DNA from: an uncultured Clostridium sp.
GTDB lineage: Bacteria; Bacillota; Clostridia; TANB77; CAG-508
Assembly (NCBI GenBank): GCA_900554365.1
Contig: USGY01000004.1
Location: 3,633 to 67,632 of the forward strand
Direction of reading: 5' to 3'
Length of the DNA: 64,000 nt
Under the pieces are notes generated by a model that saw nothing but the letters and a program-made list of their open reading frames with translations, was not told the DNA's origin and did no database searches. Position numbers and translations under genes: made by a program. Of the stretch, positions 20,150-28,293 are shown piece by piece (position 1 is the first letter of the stretch; each line of letters opens with the position of its first letter).

Positions 20150-20347
20150 TTTTTTCTCCTTTTATTGTAATATTTTTATTTTTTGCATCTAAAAGAATTT
20201 CATACGTGAATATATTTTATTTTTTACTAATTTTTTCATTTTGCATAAAGTCTCAAATATAGTTATATTTTATATTTTATAGAGAAAAAGTCAATACATT
20301 TAACATAACCGTAATGTAAATGTAATATTTTTGTAACATTCTCTCTT

Positions 20348-21697
20348 TTACCTAATTTTAACCAATTTGCAGATAAAAAATCCATCTGTTTTTTCATTTT
20401 GATATACCTGTAAATACTCTTTATTTTTTAGATATTTTTCAAAATAATTTTCGCCTTTTTTTTCATCTAATTCTATTTTTTTTAGTTCAAATTTTGAATT
20501 ATTTTTTAAAAATTTTTCTACAACTTTATCATTTTCCCCTTTTAATATACTACAAGTTGAATATACTAAACTTCCTCCAGTTTTTAAATATTTTGAACAT
20601 GTCTCTAGTATTTGTGACTGTACTTTAGAAATTTCTTTTATATTCTCAACATTTTTTTGCCATTTGATATCTGGTTTTCTTTTTAATACTCCTATTCCTA
20701 AGCAAGGAACATCTAAAAGTATTTTATCAAACTTTTCTAAATATTGATTATTTTCTTTACTAGCATCATTTACTTTAGTTTCTATAATATTTATTTTCAA
20801 TCTATTTGCTGCATTTTTTACTAATTTTGTTCTGTGTTCGTGAATATCCCATGCTTCAATTTTCCCGCTATTTTGCATTATCTCTGCCATATAAGTTGTT
20901 TTTCCTCCAGGACTACTACAAGCATCTAAAACATTATCTCCTTTTTTAGGATTTAAAATTAGTGCTGTTAAGCCTGCTGCCTCATCTTGTACTGTGAAAT
21001 ATCCCTCTTGAAATAATTTTAAATTCTCAAGGTTTCTAACTTTTTTTAATATTAAAAAGTCATCTAAAATTCCGTCTTGAAATTCAATTTTTTCTTCTAA
21101 TAATTTTTCTTTTAATTCTTCTTTATTAGTTTTCAAATTATTAACTCTAATTGTTACTTTTGGATGTATATTTGATGATTTGCAAATATCTACTACTTGT
21201 TCAATATCTAAACCATCTTTTAATAATTCTTTTATTATCCATTCTGGCATTGACATTGTTTTAGAAACTTTTTTTATTTCATCTTTTTCATTAAATAATT
21301 CCTCATAATCATTTTTAGTTATTTTTCTTAATACTGCATTTGTAAACCTTATACTTCCCTTATTTCCGTATCTTTTAGCTAAATTTACGCCTTCATTTAC
21401 AGCTGCAGATTTTGGTATTTTATCTAAAAAAATTATTTGATAAATTGACATTCTTAAAATATTCAAAATCCATGGTGATATTTTATTTAATTTTATTTTT
21501 GAATATTTTTTTATAATTTCATCTAATGTCAATTTCCAAGTTGTCACGCCATATGCAATTTCTGATATTAAGCCAACATCCTTGTTATTTAAGGTTTTAT
21601 CATTTTTCAAAAATTCGTTTAACACAATATTAGAATAAGAATTTTCTTTATCAATTTTATAAATTACTTTTAATGCAGTTTCTCTTGCTCTATCCAT
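20348..21697 (-). CDS. rsmB: 16S rRNA (cytosine967-C5)-methyltransferase
   Basis: 449 aa. NusB-like N-terminal half, SAM-MTase motifs DACSSPGGKT, LLDVPCLGIGVLKRKPDIKW and LVYSTCS. Confidence 0.88.
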   Translation of the reverse strand: MDRARETALKVIYKIDKENSYSNIVLNEFLKNDKTLNNKDVGLISEIAYGVTTWKLTLDEIIKKYSKIKLNKISPWILNILRMSIYQIIFLDKIPKSAAVNEGVNLAKRYGNKGSIRFTNAVLRKITKNDYEELFNEKDEIKKVSKTMSMPEWIIKELLKDGLDIEQVVDICKSSNIHPKVTIRVNNLKTNKEELKEKLLEEKIEFQDGILDDFLILKKVRNLENLKLFQEGYFTVQDEAAGLTALILNPKKGDNVLDACSSPGGKTTYMAEIMQNSGKIEAWDIHEHRTKLVKNAANRLKINIIETKVNDASKENNQYLEKFDKILLDVPCLGIGVLKRKPDIKWQKNVENIKEISKVQSQILETCSKYLKTGGSLVYSTCSILKGENDKVVEKFLKNNSKFELKKIELDEKKGENYFEKYLKNKEYLQVYQNEKTDGFFICKLVKIR

Positions 21698-21801
21698 TTT
21701 TTTCTCCTTATAATTTTATTTGTTCATAATTATACATTTTTTTGTATATTTTTTCTAGTTTTAGGAAAAGATATTTTTAAAAGTTATTTAGGAGGTTTAA
21801 A

Positions 21802-22020
21802 ATGGACGTAAAAAAACATTTAATAATAACTGGTAATTCAACAGTTTCATGGAAAGATGCAATTGTAAAAACAATTGCCGAAGCTTCAAAAAGCATTGAT
21901 TACTTATCTGATGTAAAAATAATTGAACAAAGAGCTAATATTGATGGTGATAAAATTTCAGAATATTTTGTAGATTTAGATTTAACTTTTATAATTGATG
22001 TAAACAGAAAAAACAGTTAG
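21802..22020 (+). CDS. dodecin family protein
   Basis: 72 aa. ...IITGNSTVSWKDAIVKTIAEASKSI...VKIIEQRANIDGDKISEYFVDLDLTF matches the small beta-alpha-beta-beta dodecin pattern. The stop is 11 nt before spoVAC. Confidence 0.65.
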   Translation: MDVKKHLIITGNSTVSWKDAIVKTIAEASKSIDYLSDVKIIEQRANIDGDKISEYFVDLDLTFIIDVNRKNS

Positions 22021-22030
22021 GAGGTAACTC

Positions 22031-22495
22031 ATGAACCCTATAGAAAGTAAACAAACATATCAAAATTATGTTGATAAAAAATCACCTAACTCCCCTATTT
22101 TAAAAAATTGCTTTAATGCATTTTGGGTCGGTGGATTAATTTGTACAATAGGACAAGTTATTTTTAATATATGCCAAGGACGAGGTTTTGATACTCAAAC
22201 TTCTGGTACAATTGTTTCCATTTTGTTAATAGGAATATCTGCCTTTTTAACAGGTCTAAATTTATTTAATAAAATCGGAAAGTTTGCTGGTGCAGGTTCC
22301 TTAGTTCCAATTACAGGTTTTGCTAACTCAATTGTTTCTCCAGCCATGGAGTACAAATCTGAAGGATATGTTATGGGAGTTGGAGGAAAAATGTTCACAG
22401 TTGCTGGTCCTGTTTTAGTATTTGGTATTTCTGCTTCTATTCTTGTTGGAATAATATTTTTAATTTTTAATACTCAAGTAATTACATTAGTTTAA
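22031..22495 (+). CDS. spoVAC: stage V sporulation protein AC
   Basis: 154-aa four-TM protein of the SpoVAC/SpoVAEB family (GGLICTIGQV..., VPITGFANS). GGAGG RBS. Followed by spoVAD and spoVAE. Confidence 0.9.
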   Translation: MNPIESKQTYQNYVDKKSPNSPILKNCFNAFWVGGLICTIGQVIFNICQGRGFDTQTSGTIVSILLIGISAFLTGLNLFNKIGKFAGAGSLVPITGFANSIVSPAMEYKSEGYVMGVGGKMFTVAGPVLVFGISASILVGIIFLIFNTQVITLV

Positions 22496-22548
22496 TAGGA
22501 TTATAGGCATCCTCTAAAAGCCTAAATGATAAAAAAGGATTGATTTAT

Positions 22549-23550
22549 TTGGAAAAATTAGGTAAGCAAACAATTAAATTTAATACTCCTCCCACAATTA
22601 CAGATTGTAACAGTATTGTAGGTCCTAAAGAAGCTCAAGGTCCTTTATGTAAATATTTTGATCAAACATTAGAAGATGAATTTTGGGGAGAAAAAACTTG
22701 GGAAAAAGCTGAAAGTAAAATAATAAAAGAAAATGTTAATGCATTAGTCACAAAATCTGGTATATCTGCAACAGATATAGATTGTATCTTTGCTGGTGAT
22801 CTATTAAATCAATGTATTTCTTCTAGTTTTGGTTTACGTGATTGCAATATCCCTTTTGTTGGAATGTTTGGAGCTTGTTCAACCTTTGTAGAAAGTATGT
22901 GCATGGGGGCAATTGCAATAGAAGGCTTTGCAAATCATGTAGTATGTGCCACATCAAGTCACTTTTGTAGTGCTGAAAAGCAATTTAGATTTCCATTAGA
23001 ATTAGGAAATCAACGTCCACCTACAAGTCAATGGACAGTAACAGGATCTGGAGCAGCTTTATTATCTAAAAATGGCTGTGGACCTTATATTACAAATATT
23101 ACTTTAGGGAAAATCGTAGATTTAGGAATAAAAGATGCTAACAATATGGGAGCAGCTATGGCACCAGCTTTTGCTGATACATTATTAACACATTTTGCAG
23201 ACACAGGCAGAAATCCAAATTATTATGATGCAATTATTAGCGGGGATTTAGGAAAAATAGGAAAAGATATTGCAATTGATATTGCAATGTCAAAAGGATT
23301 TAATATAAAGTCAAACTATAATGACTGTGGTCTTTTAATTTTTGATAATAATTCTCAAGATACTCATGCTGGTGGTAGTGGTTGTGCATGTTGTGGTACA
23401 GTATTTTCCGGATTTTTGTTTAAGCAATTAAAAGAAAAAAAGATAAAAAAATTATTACTTATTGCTACAGGCGCTTTAATGAATTCAACTAGTTCTCAAC
23501 AAGGCGAAAGCATACCAGGAATCGCTCATGCTGTTAGTATAGAAATTTAA
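22549..23550 (+). CDS. spoVAD: stage V sporulation protein AD
   Basis: Thiolase-fold-like protein of about 333 aa (LGKQTIKF N-terminus, GACSTFVESM). The start is ambiguous. TTG 22549 has AAGGA 9 nt upstream, whereas the ORF-track TTG 22540 abuts the Shine-Dalgarno sequence. Confidence 0.88.
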   Translation: MEKLGKQTIKFNTPPTITDCNSIVGPKEAQGPLCKYFDQTLEDEFWGEKTWEKAESKIIKENVNALVTKSGISATDIDCIFAGDLLNQCISSSFGLRDCNIPFVGMFGACSTFVESMCMGAIAIEGFANHVVCATSSHFCSAEKQFRFPLELGNQRPPTSQWTVTGSGAALLSKNGCGPYITNITLGKIVDLGIKDANNMGAAMAPAFADTLLTHFADTGRNPNYYDAIISGDLGKIGKDIAIDIAMSKGFNIKSNYNDCGLLIFDNNSQDTHAGGSGCACCGTVFSGFLFKQLKEKKIKKLLLIATGALMNSTSSQQGESIPGIAHAVSIEI

Positions 23551-23567
23551 ATTGGAAGGAGATAATA

Positions 23568-23960
23568 ATGAATATAAATTGGGCAAATGTATTTGAAATA
23601 TCCTCTTTATTAAAATGTTTTATCGTTGGTGGTCTTATATGTGTTATCGGTCAAATATTAATAGATAAAACCAAACTAACACCAGCAAAGATTTTAGTAA
23701 TATTTGTTACAACAGGAGCAATTTTAGGTGGACTAGGTATTTATAAATATTTAGTTGATTTTGCTGGCAGTGGTGCAACAGTTCCACTTACTGGTTTTGG
23801 TTATAACTTAGCCAAAGGTTCAATTGAAGCTGTAAAAGAATCTGGATTATTAGGAGCATTCACCGGTGGTGTAAAAGCTGCTGCTGGAGGAATTGCAGCT
23901 GCCGTATTTTTCGGATATTTAGCTGCTTTAATTTCAAAGCCAAAAATGAAAAAACAATAA
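23568..23960 (+). CDS. spoVAE: stage V sporulation protein AE (SpoVAEB-type)
   Basis: 130-aa membrane protein paralogous to SpoVAC (GGLICVIGQI, VPLTGFGYN). Third gene of the spoVA tricistron. Confidence 0.88.
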   Translation: MNINWANVFEISSLLKCFIVGGLICVIGQILIDKTKLTPAKILVIFVTTGAILGGLGIYKYLVDFAGSGATVPLTGFGYNLAKGSIEAVKESGLLGAFTGGVKAAAGGIAAAVFFGYLAALISKPKMKKQ

Positions 23961-24022
23961 AAAAAAAAGAAAGTTCACTTTAATATGTGGCTTTCTTCTT
24001 TTATGTTATAGCGTATTTATAA

Positions 24023-24373
24023 CTATGCTTTTTTTGCTATTTCAGCAATTTCTGCAAATGCTTTTTCATCATTTACAGCTAAGTCTGCTAACATTTTTCT
24101 ATTAATAGTTACATTTGCTTTCTTTAATCCTGCGATTAATTTGCTATATGTTGTTCCATTAATTCTTGCAGCAGCATTAATTCTTGTAATCCATAATTTT
24201 CTAAAATTACTCTTTTTATCTTTTCTTCCTGTATATGCATATGTTAATGATTTTAAAACTGCTTGATTAGCATTTCTAAATCTGTAGCTTTTTGCTCCAT
24301 AATATCCTTTTGCTTGTTTTAATACTTTTTTATGTCTAGCTCTTGTTGTTCTAGCTGTTTTTACTCTTGCCAT
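24023..24373 (-). CDS. rplT: 50S ribosomal protein L20
   Basis: [26 protein letters not shown]. Confidence 0.95.
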   Translation of the reverse strand: MARVKTARTTRARHKKVLKQAKGYYGAKSYRFRNANQAVLKSLTYAYTGRKDKKSNFRKLWITRINAAARINGTTYSKLIAGLKKANVTINRKMLADLAVNDEKAFAEIAEIAKKA

Positions 24374-24402
24374 TTATTTTCACCTTCCCTTGATTTCTAA
24401 TT

Positions 24403-24606
24403 TTATTTTCCATATGGTAATAATTTCTTTATTGCTTTCTCGCATGTTTTATCTGCAAAAGCGTTTTGAATTTTACCTGATTTTCTTTGTCTTTTTGTTT
24501 TATTTGCTAATAAATGTCTTCTGTTTGATTTTGTTCTTTTAACTTTTCCTGTTGCTGTTAAAGAATATCTTTTCTTTGCTGAACTATTTGTTTTTAATTT
24601 TGGCAT
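24403..24606 (-). CDS. rpmI: 50S ribosomal protein L35
   Basis: [14 protein letters not shown]..., 67 aa, between infC and rplT. Confidence 0.93.
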   Translation of the reverse strand: MPKLKTNSSAKKRYSLTATGKVKRTKSNRRHLLANKTKRQRKSGKIQNAFADKTCEKAIKKLLPYGK

Positions 24607-24636
24607 AACTATAAACTCCTTTCAAATTTTTATATA

Positions 24637-25164
24637 TTATTTAACAGATTTTTTATCTGTTTTTTTAGCTAATATTGTAAACATATTTCTTCCTTCTAAT
24701 TTAGGCTTTTTTTCTACTGTTGCAATTTCTTCTAAATTTTCTATAAATTTATTTAGCACAATTTCACCTGCTTTAGAATTGTTAATTTCTCTACCTCTGA
24801 ATCTAACTGTTATTTTTACTTTGTTTCCATCTTCTAAAAACTTTTTAGCATTTTTTAGTTTAAATCCAAAGTCGTGTTCTTCGATATTTGGAGTAACTCT
24901 AACTTCTTTTACTTCTAATATCTTTTGCTTTTTCTTAGCTTCTTTTTCTTTTTTGGCTTGTTCAAATTTATATTTTCCGTAATTCATTATTTTGCAAACT
25001 ACTGGATTTGAGTTTGGTGCAACTAATACTAAATCCATATCATTTTCTTCTGCTCTTCTTAAAGCATCTTCAAATGAAACTACACCTAGTTTTTCACCTG
25101 TTACTCCTATTAATTGAACTTCTTTAGCTCTAATTTGTCTGTTTATTGGTAATTCTTGTTTTAT
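24637..25164 (-). CDS. infC: translation initiation factor IF-3, non-AUG (ATA) start
   Basis: The ORF track gives only the part from an internal Met (25038). The frame is open upstream and reads IKQELPINRQIRAKEVQLIGVTGEKLGVVSFEDALRRAEENDMDLVLV. ATA at 25164-25162 lies 7 nt after GGAGGTG (25178-25172). IF-3 genes classically use AUU/AUA/AUC starts. Confidence 0.85.
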   Translation of the reverse strand: MKQELPINRQIRAKEVQLIGVTGEKLGVVSFEDALRRAEENDMDLVLVAPNSNPVVCKIMNYGKYKFEQAKKEKEAKKKQKILEVKEVRVTPNIEEHDFGFKLKNAKKFLEDGNKVKITVRFRGREINNSKAGEIVLNKFIENLEEIATVEKKPKLEGRNMFTILAKKTDKKSVK

Positions 25165-25183
25165 GTTAAAACACCTCCATAAA

Positions 25184-25344
25184 TAAAAAAAATTTGACTT
25201 TTGTTACAAGTCAAATTAAATACATTTAATATTTACATATTAAACTATGAAATTCTAACCTTTTTCTTTACTTAGAATAGGTGAGAAGTTTTACTTCTTC
25301 TTGTAACGCTTAATATTATATACTATAACACATATATATGTCAA
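25184..25344 (-). promoter_or_regulatory. infC-rpmI-rplT promoter plus leader ending in an intrinsic terminator (candidate L20-leader-type attenuator)
   Basis: TTGACA (25344-25339), an 18-nt spacer, then TATAAT (25320-25315). About 100 nt of leader follows. Next comes hairpin AATTTGACTT/AAGTCAAATT (25191-25217) followed in the sense direction by a T-run (25184-25192), immediately before the infC RBS. Confidence 0.5.
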
Positions 25345-25367
25345 GCGTTTTCGTGATTTTTTATTGT

Positions 25368-26210
25368 TTAATGATTATTTATTAACAAATATATTATTAT
25401 TCCAACTGATTGAATTATAAAAAGATTTAACATATTTGAGCTAATTAAATTATTTGTAGCCTCTATTACCCCTTGTATTTTTTCTCTATTTTCCTTTTTA
25501 TGATATTTTTGTGCTTCATTAAAAGTAATAAATTCTGGTGCACTTGTAATTATTCCAAGTAAAATTCCTATTATTATTTGTGATATTCCAAAATTATTAC
25601 ATAACAATTCTAATGAATCTGATAAAATATTTCCTATAACAAAAAGAAGTATTGCTGATATTATTAAAATAATTATATATTTTGTGATTTCTTTTGCTCT
25701 TACTTTTTCTATATCTTCTATATTTTCGATATCTTCTTTATTTTGAACATTAAAATATTTTTTATGTGCTTTGCTATCTATAATACTAAAAATTATAAAC
25801 ATTATAAAGAAAATTACTACTATTTTTATGTCTAATTCTATATTTTTTATAAACATTACTATTGGAATTATTATAGTAATTACTGTCAAAATTAATTCTA
25901 TTATAATTGTTTTGTTTTTTAAGTTTTTAGTATTTTTATTTATAAAAATACTTATCGTATATTCTATTATGTTTATTACATTTGAGCTAAGTATGTTAAA
26001 TATTCCCGTATCTATTAAACCTGTAAATCCTGCTATTCCAACTGATAGTAGTTCGGGAACTGATGTTGCTATTCCTGCAATATTTCCAACTATTTTAGGC
26101 TTTAAATTTATTCCTTCTGCAATTTTTCTTAATGTGCTTGCTAATATATTTTTAGATATTACTACAATTAATATTGAACATATTATAAATTTAATAAAAG
26201 CTAATAACAT
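25368..26210 (-). CDS. sodium/calcium exchanger (CaCA family) membrane protein
   Basis: 280-aa polytopic protein with two alpha-repeat motifs, GIATSVPELLS and GIITSAPEFIT. Confidence 0.75.
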   Translation of the reverse strand: MLLAFIKFIICSILIVVISKNILASTLRKIAEGINLKPKIVGNIAGIATSVPELLSVGIAGFTGLIDTGIFNILSSNVINIIEYTISIFINKNTKNLKNKTIIIELILTVITIIIPIVMFIKNIELDIKIVVIFFIMFIIFSIIDSKAHKKYFNVQNKEDIENIEDIEKVRAKEITKYIIILIISAILLFVIGNILSDSLELLCNNFGISQIIIGILLGIITSAPEFITFNEAQKYHKKENREKIQGVIEATNNLISSNMLNLFIIQSVGIIIYLLINNH

Positions 26211-26420
26211 TTTTTCCTCCTGTTATTAGCTTTTGTAATATTTTTTATATTATTCTAAATTTTTTTAATAATTTCATATTGTTGCTCTTTTCGATAATCC
26301 TACCAAGGTCACAACAATATTTTATTCATTTTTACCATAATGGAAGGAACAAACCTCTTTAATATCTAATAACTTTATTGGCAAGAATCCTTAAATTCTA
26401 TACATCGAAAATGATATTAG

Positions 26421-26534
26421 AGTGGAACGGAACCCATAATTGTTGTTAGCATTGTTTGAATTATTGTCCCAACGGTAACCTGCGGGATTATTATTGTTGT
26501 TGTAATTACCACCGCGCACCACCACGGCCTCGGA
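26421..26534 (-). repeat. DGR template repeat (TR)
   Basis: 114 nt, non-coding, 27 nt downstream of the RT stop. 101/114 identical to 28309-28422. In the frame of the VR it carries 13 AAY codons. About 46% G+C in an AT-rich background. Confidence 0.9.
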
Positions 26535-26561
26535 CAGAATAAGTTCTGTTACGATTTGTCC

Positions 26562-27604
26562 CTAATATATAAATTCTTCTTTTTTTAAATTTTCTTTTAA
26601 TTCTATATTTCTTTTTTTCAAGTCATATGTATTTGCAACTTCAAAATAGCCTAAATGCCCTGTTAAATAAATTCTAGCTTCTTTTGAAGTTAGTCTGCCC
26701 TGTTTTATTTCTTTTAATAATTTTTTTATCTTTTTTTTGAACTTCTTTTTTCCCTTTGTTCTTACTTTTATTCTATATTCATTTATCTTATATCCACAAA
26801 AGTTAATACCTTGTTTAGCTTTAAATATACTTGTTTTATTATTTAATTCTAATTTTAAATTTTCATCTAAAAATTTTATTATTTTTTCTAAAATAGATTT
26901 AGCTTCTTCTTTGGTTTTTACTAGTATTACTGTATCATCCATATACCTATAATAATATTTTATCTTTAATTTTTTAGTAGCATATTGATCAACTTCGTTT
27001 AAATATATATTTGCAAAAGTTTGAGATGTATAATTTCCGAATTTCTATTCCTTTAGGTCGTGATTGTGCTACTAATATTTGTCTAATAAGCCAAAGCAAT
27101 TTCTTATCTTTTATTCTCTTTTTTAATATGTTATACAGTATTTTTTTATCTATGCTATTAAAATATTTTTTTATATCCATTTTTAATACATAGTATTCTC
27201 TGTATGATTTTTTCATTTTTTGCATTGCTTTTTGCAAGTCTAATGCAGCTTTATGCATACCGTCTTCCTTCGATACATGCATATGTTGTTTGTATAAAGC
27301 TAGGTTTGTAATATGGTATTAAAAAATTATCTACAACCCATCTATGTACTATTCTATCAATATAGGGTGCTCTTTCTATTATTCTTTCTTTGGGTTCATA
27401 TATTTTAAAAGCTGTATATTTTCCATGAACATATGTCCCTGTTTTTAATTTTTGATATAAATATTGTATATATTCTTCTTCTTTTATTGAAAATAAAATA
27501 ACATCTTTTCTAAGTCTTTTTCCTTTTCTAGAAGAAAGATGTGCTTTTAATAAATTTTCATATGTTAATTTTTTATCATATTCATTTCTTATCCATTTTG
27601 CCAT
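26562..27604 (-). pseudogene. DGR reverse transcriptase, split into three ORFs by two +1 frame breaks as sequenced
   Basis: ORFs 27251-27604, 26989-27282 and 26562-26942 join into one RT of about 347 aa if one nt is removed at 27260-27262 and one at 27037-27039. The joined protein reads ...YACIEGR|GMHKAALDLQ...VLKMDIKKYFNSID...GIEI|GNYTSQTFANIYLNEVD...YYRYMDDTVILV. IGNxxSQ plus YMDD are DGR-RT hallmarks. Confidence 0.85.
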
Positions 27605-27606
27605 TT

Positions 27607-27861
27607 TTAATAACCTTTATAAACTTCTTTTACTCTTACAATTAAATTTGCTTTTGCTTTCATAACTTTTCCCTCTACTAGGATATAATTTCCTGTTTGA
27701 TATTCTCTAAATATTTTATCTGCTAGTTTATTTACAAATATTAGTTGTATATTATTTTCATTTTCTTTTAACATTACAAACGCTATTCCACATACTTTTC
27801 CCTTATCAACAAGTTTGTATTTAATTTCTAGTATTTTTCCTGATAATATTACTTTATTCAA
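27607..27861 (-). CDS. small OB-fold, SSB-like protein (putative DGR accessory)
   Basis: 84 aa. MNKVILSGKILE...IAFVMLKENENNIQLIFVNKLADKIFREYQTGNYILVEGKV resembles the N-terminal OB domain of bacterial SSB (MNKVILIGRL...WGKxAExxxxYLxKGSxVxVEGRL) without the acidic tail. It is translationally packed between avd and the RT. Confidence 0.5.
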   Translation of the reverse strand: MNKVILSGKILEIKYKLVDKGKVCGIAFVMLKENENNIQLIFVNKLADKIFREYQTGNYILVEGKVMKAKANLIVRVKEVYKGY

Positions 27862-27863
27862 TT

Positions 27864-28235
27864 TTATATCCTTTTATTTAAATTATTATTAGCTTTTATA
27901 AGTCCTCCTGTTATTCTTCCTAATTCAGCTAACTTGTTTATGCATACTTCAAAATTCTTATGGCTTATGCTTTTTTCTTCATCTAATATTCTTATCATTG
28001 ATCTATTATAACTAATAAGTGCATCAATTTTATTTAAATATTCATATGCACATTTTCTATCTTTATTTAAAAAATGTGCATATTCTAACATTTTTAGTGC
28101 AGATATTTTTATTTCTGATCCAATATTAAATTTTTCAATTCTCGGTATTTTTACTAAGATTTGAAAAACATACTTTATATAATCCTCTGTTTTAGGTATT
28201 AATATTAACACACCTGAACTTCGGTACTTTTCCAA
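27864..28235 (-). CDS. avd: Avd-like accessory variability determinant (four-helix-bundle, 23S-rRNA-IVS protein family)
   Basis: 123 aa, helical and basic. KIPRIEKFNIGSEIKISALKMLEYAHFL matches the family core. Sits between the VR and the RT. The start codon is uncertain: the TTG at 28235 is far from the GAGGAGG. Confidence 0.75.
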   Translation of the reverse strand: MEKYRSSGVLILIPKTEDYIKYVFQILVKIPRIEKFNIGSEIKISALKMLEYAHFLNKDRKCAYEYLNKIDALISYNRSMIRILDEEKSISHKNFEVCINKLAELGRITGGLIKANNNLNKRI

Positions 28236-28293
28236 TGTAGTTGATATTTTAAATTACCTCCTCTGTTTAATTTTATGTTAACAGTGCTCAGAG

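Noticed and set aside
20150-20347. Promoter for the pilus operon (TTGACT near 20290 on the minus strand).
   Set aside because: No -10 element lies at acceptable spacing, so the call would be guesswork in such AT-rich DNA.
26562-27604. The RT as a group II intron maturase or a retron RT.
   Set aside because: There are no intron RNA domains or maturase/endonuclease extension, and no msr/msd-like inverted repeats. The IGNYTSQ motif, the Avd neighbour and the adenine-specific TR/VR pair identify it as a DGR RT.
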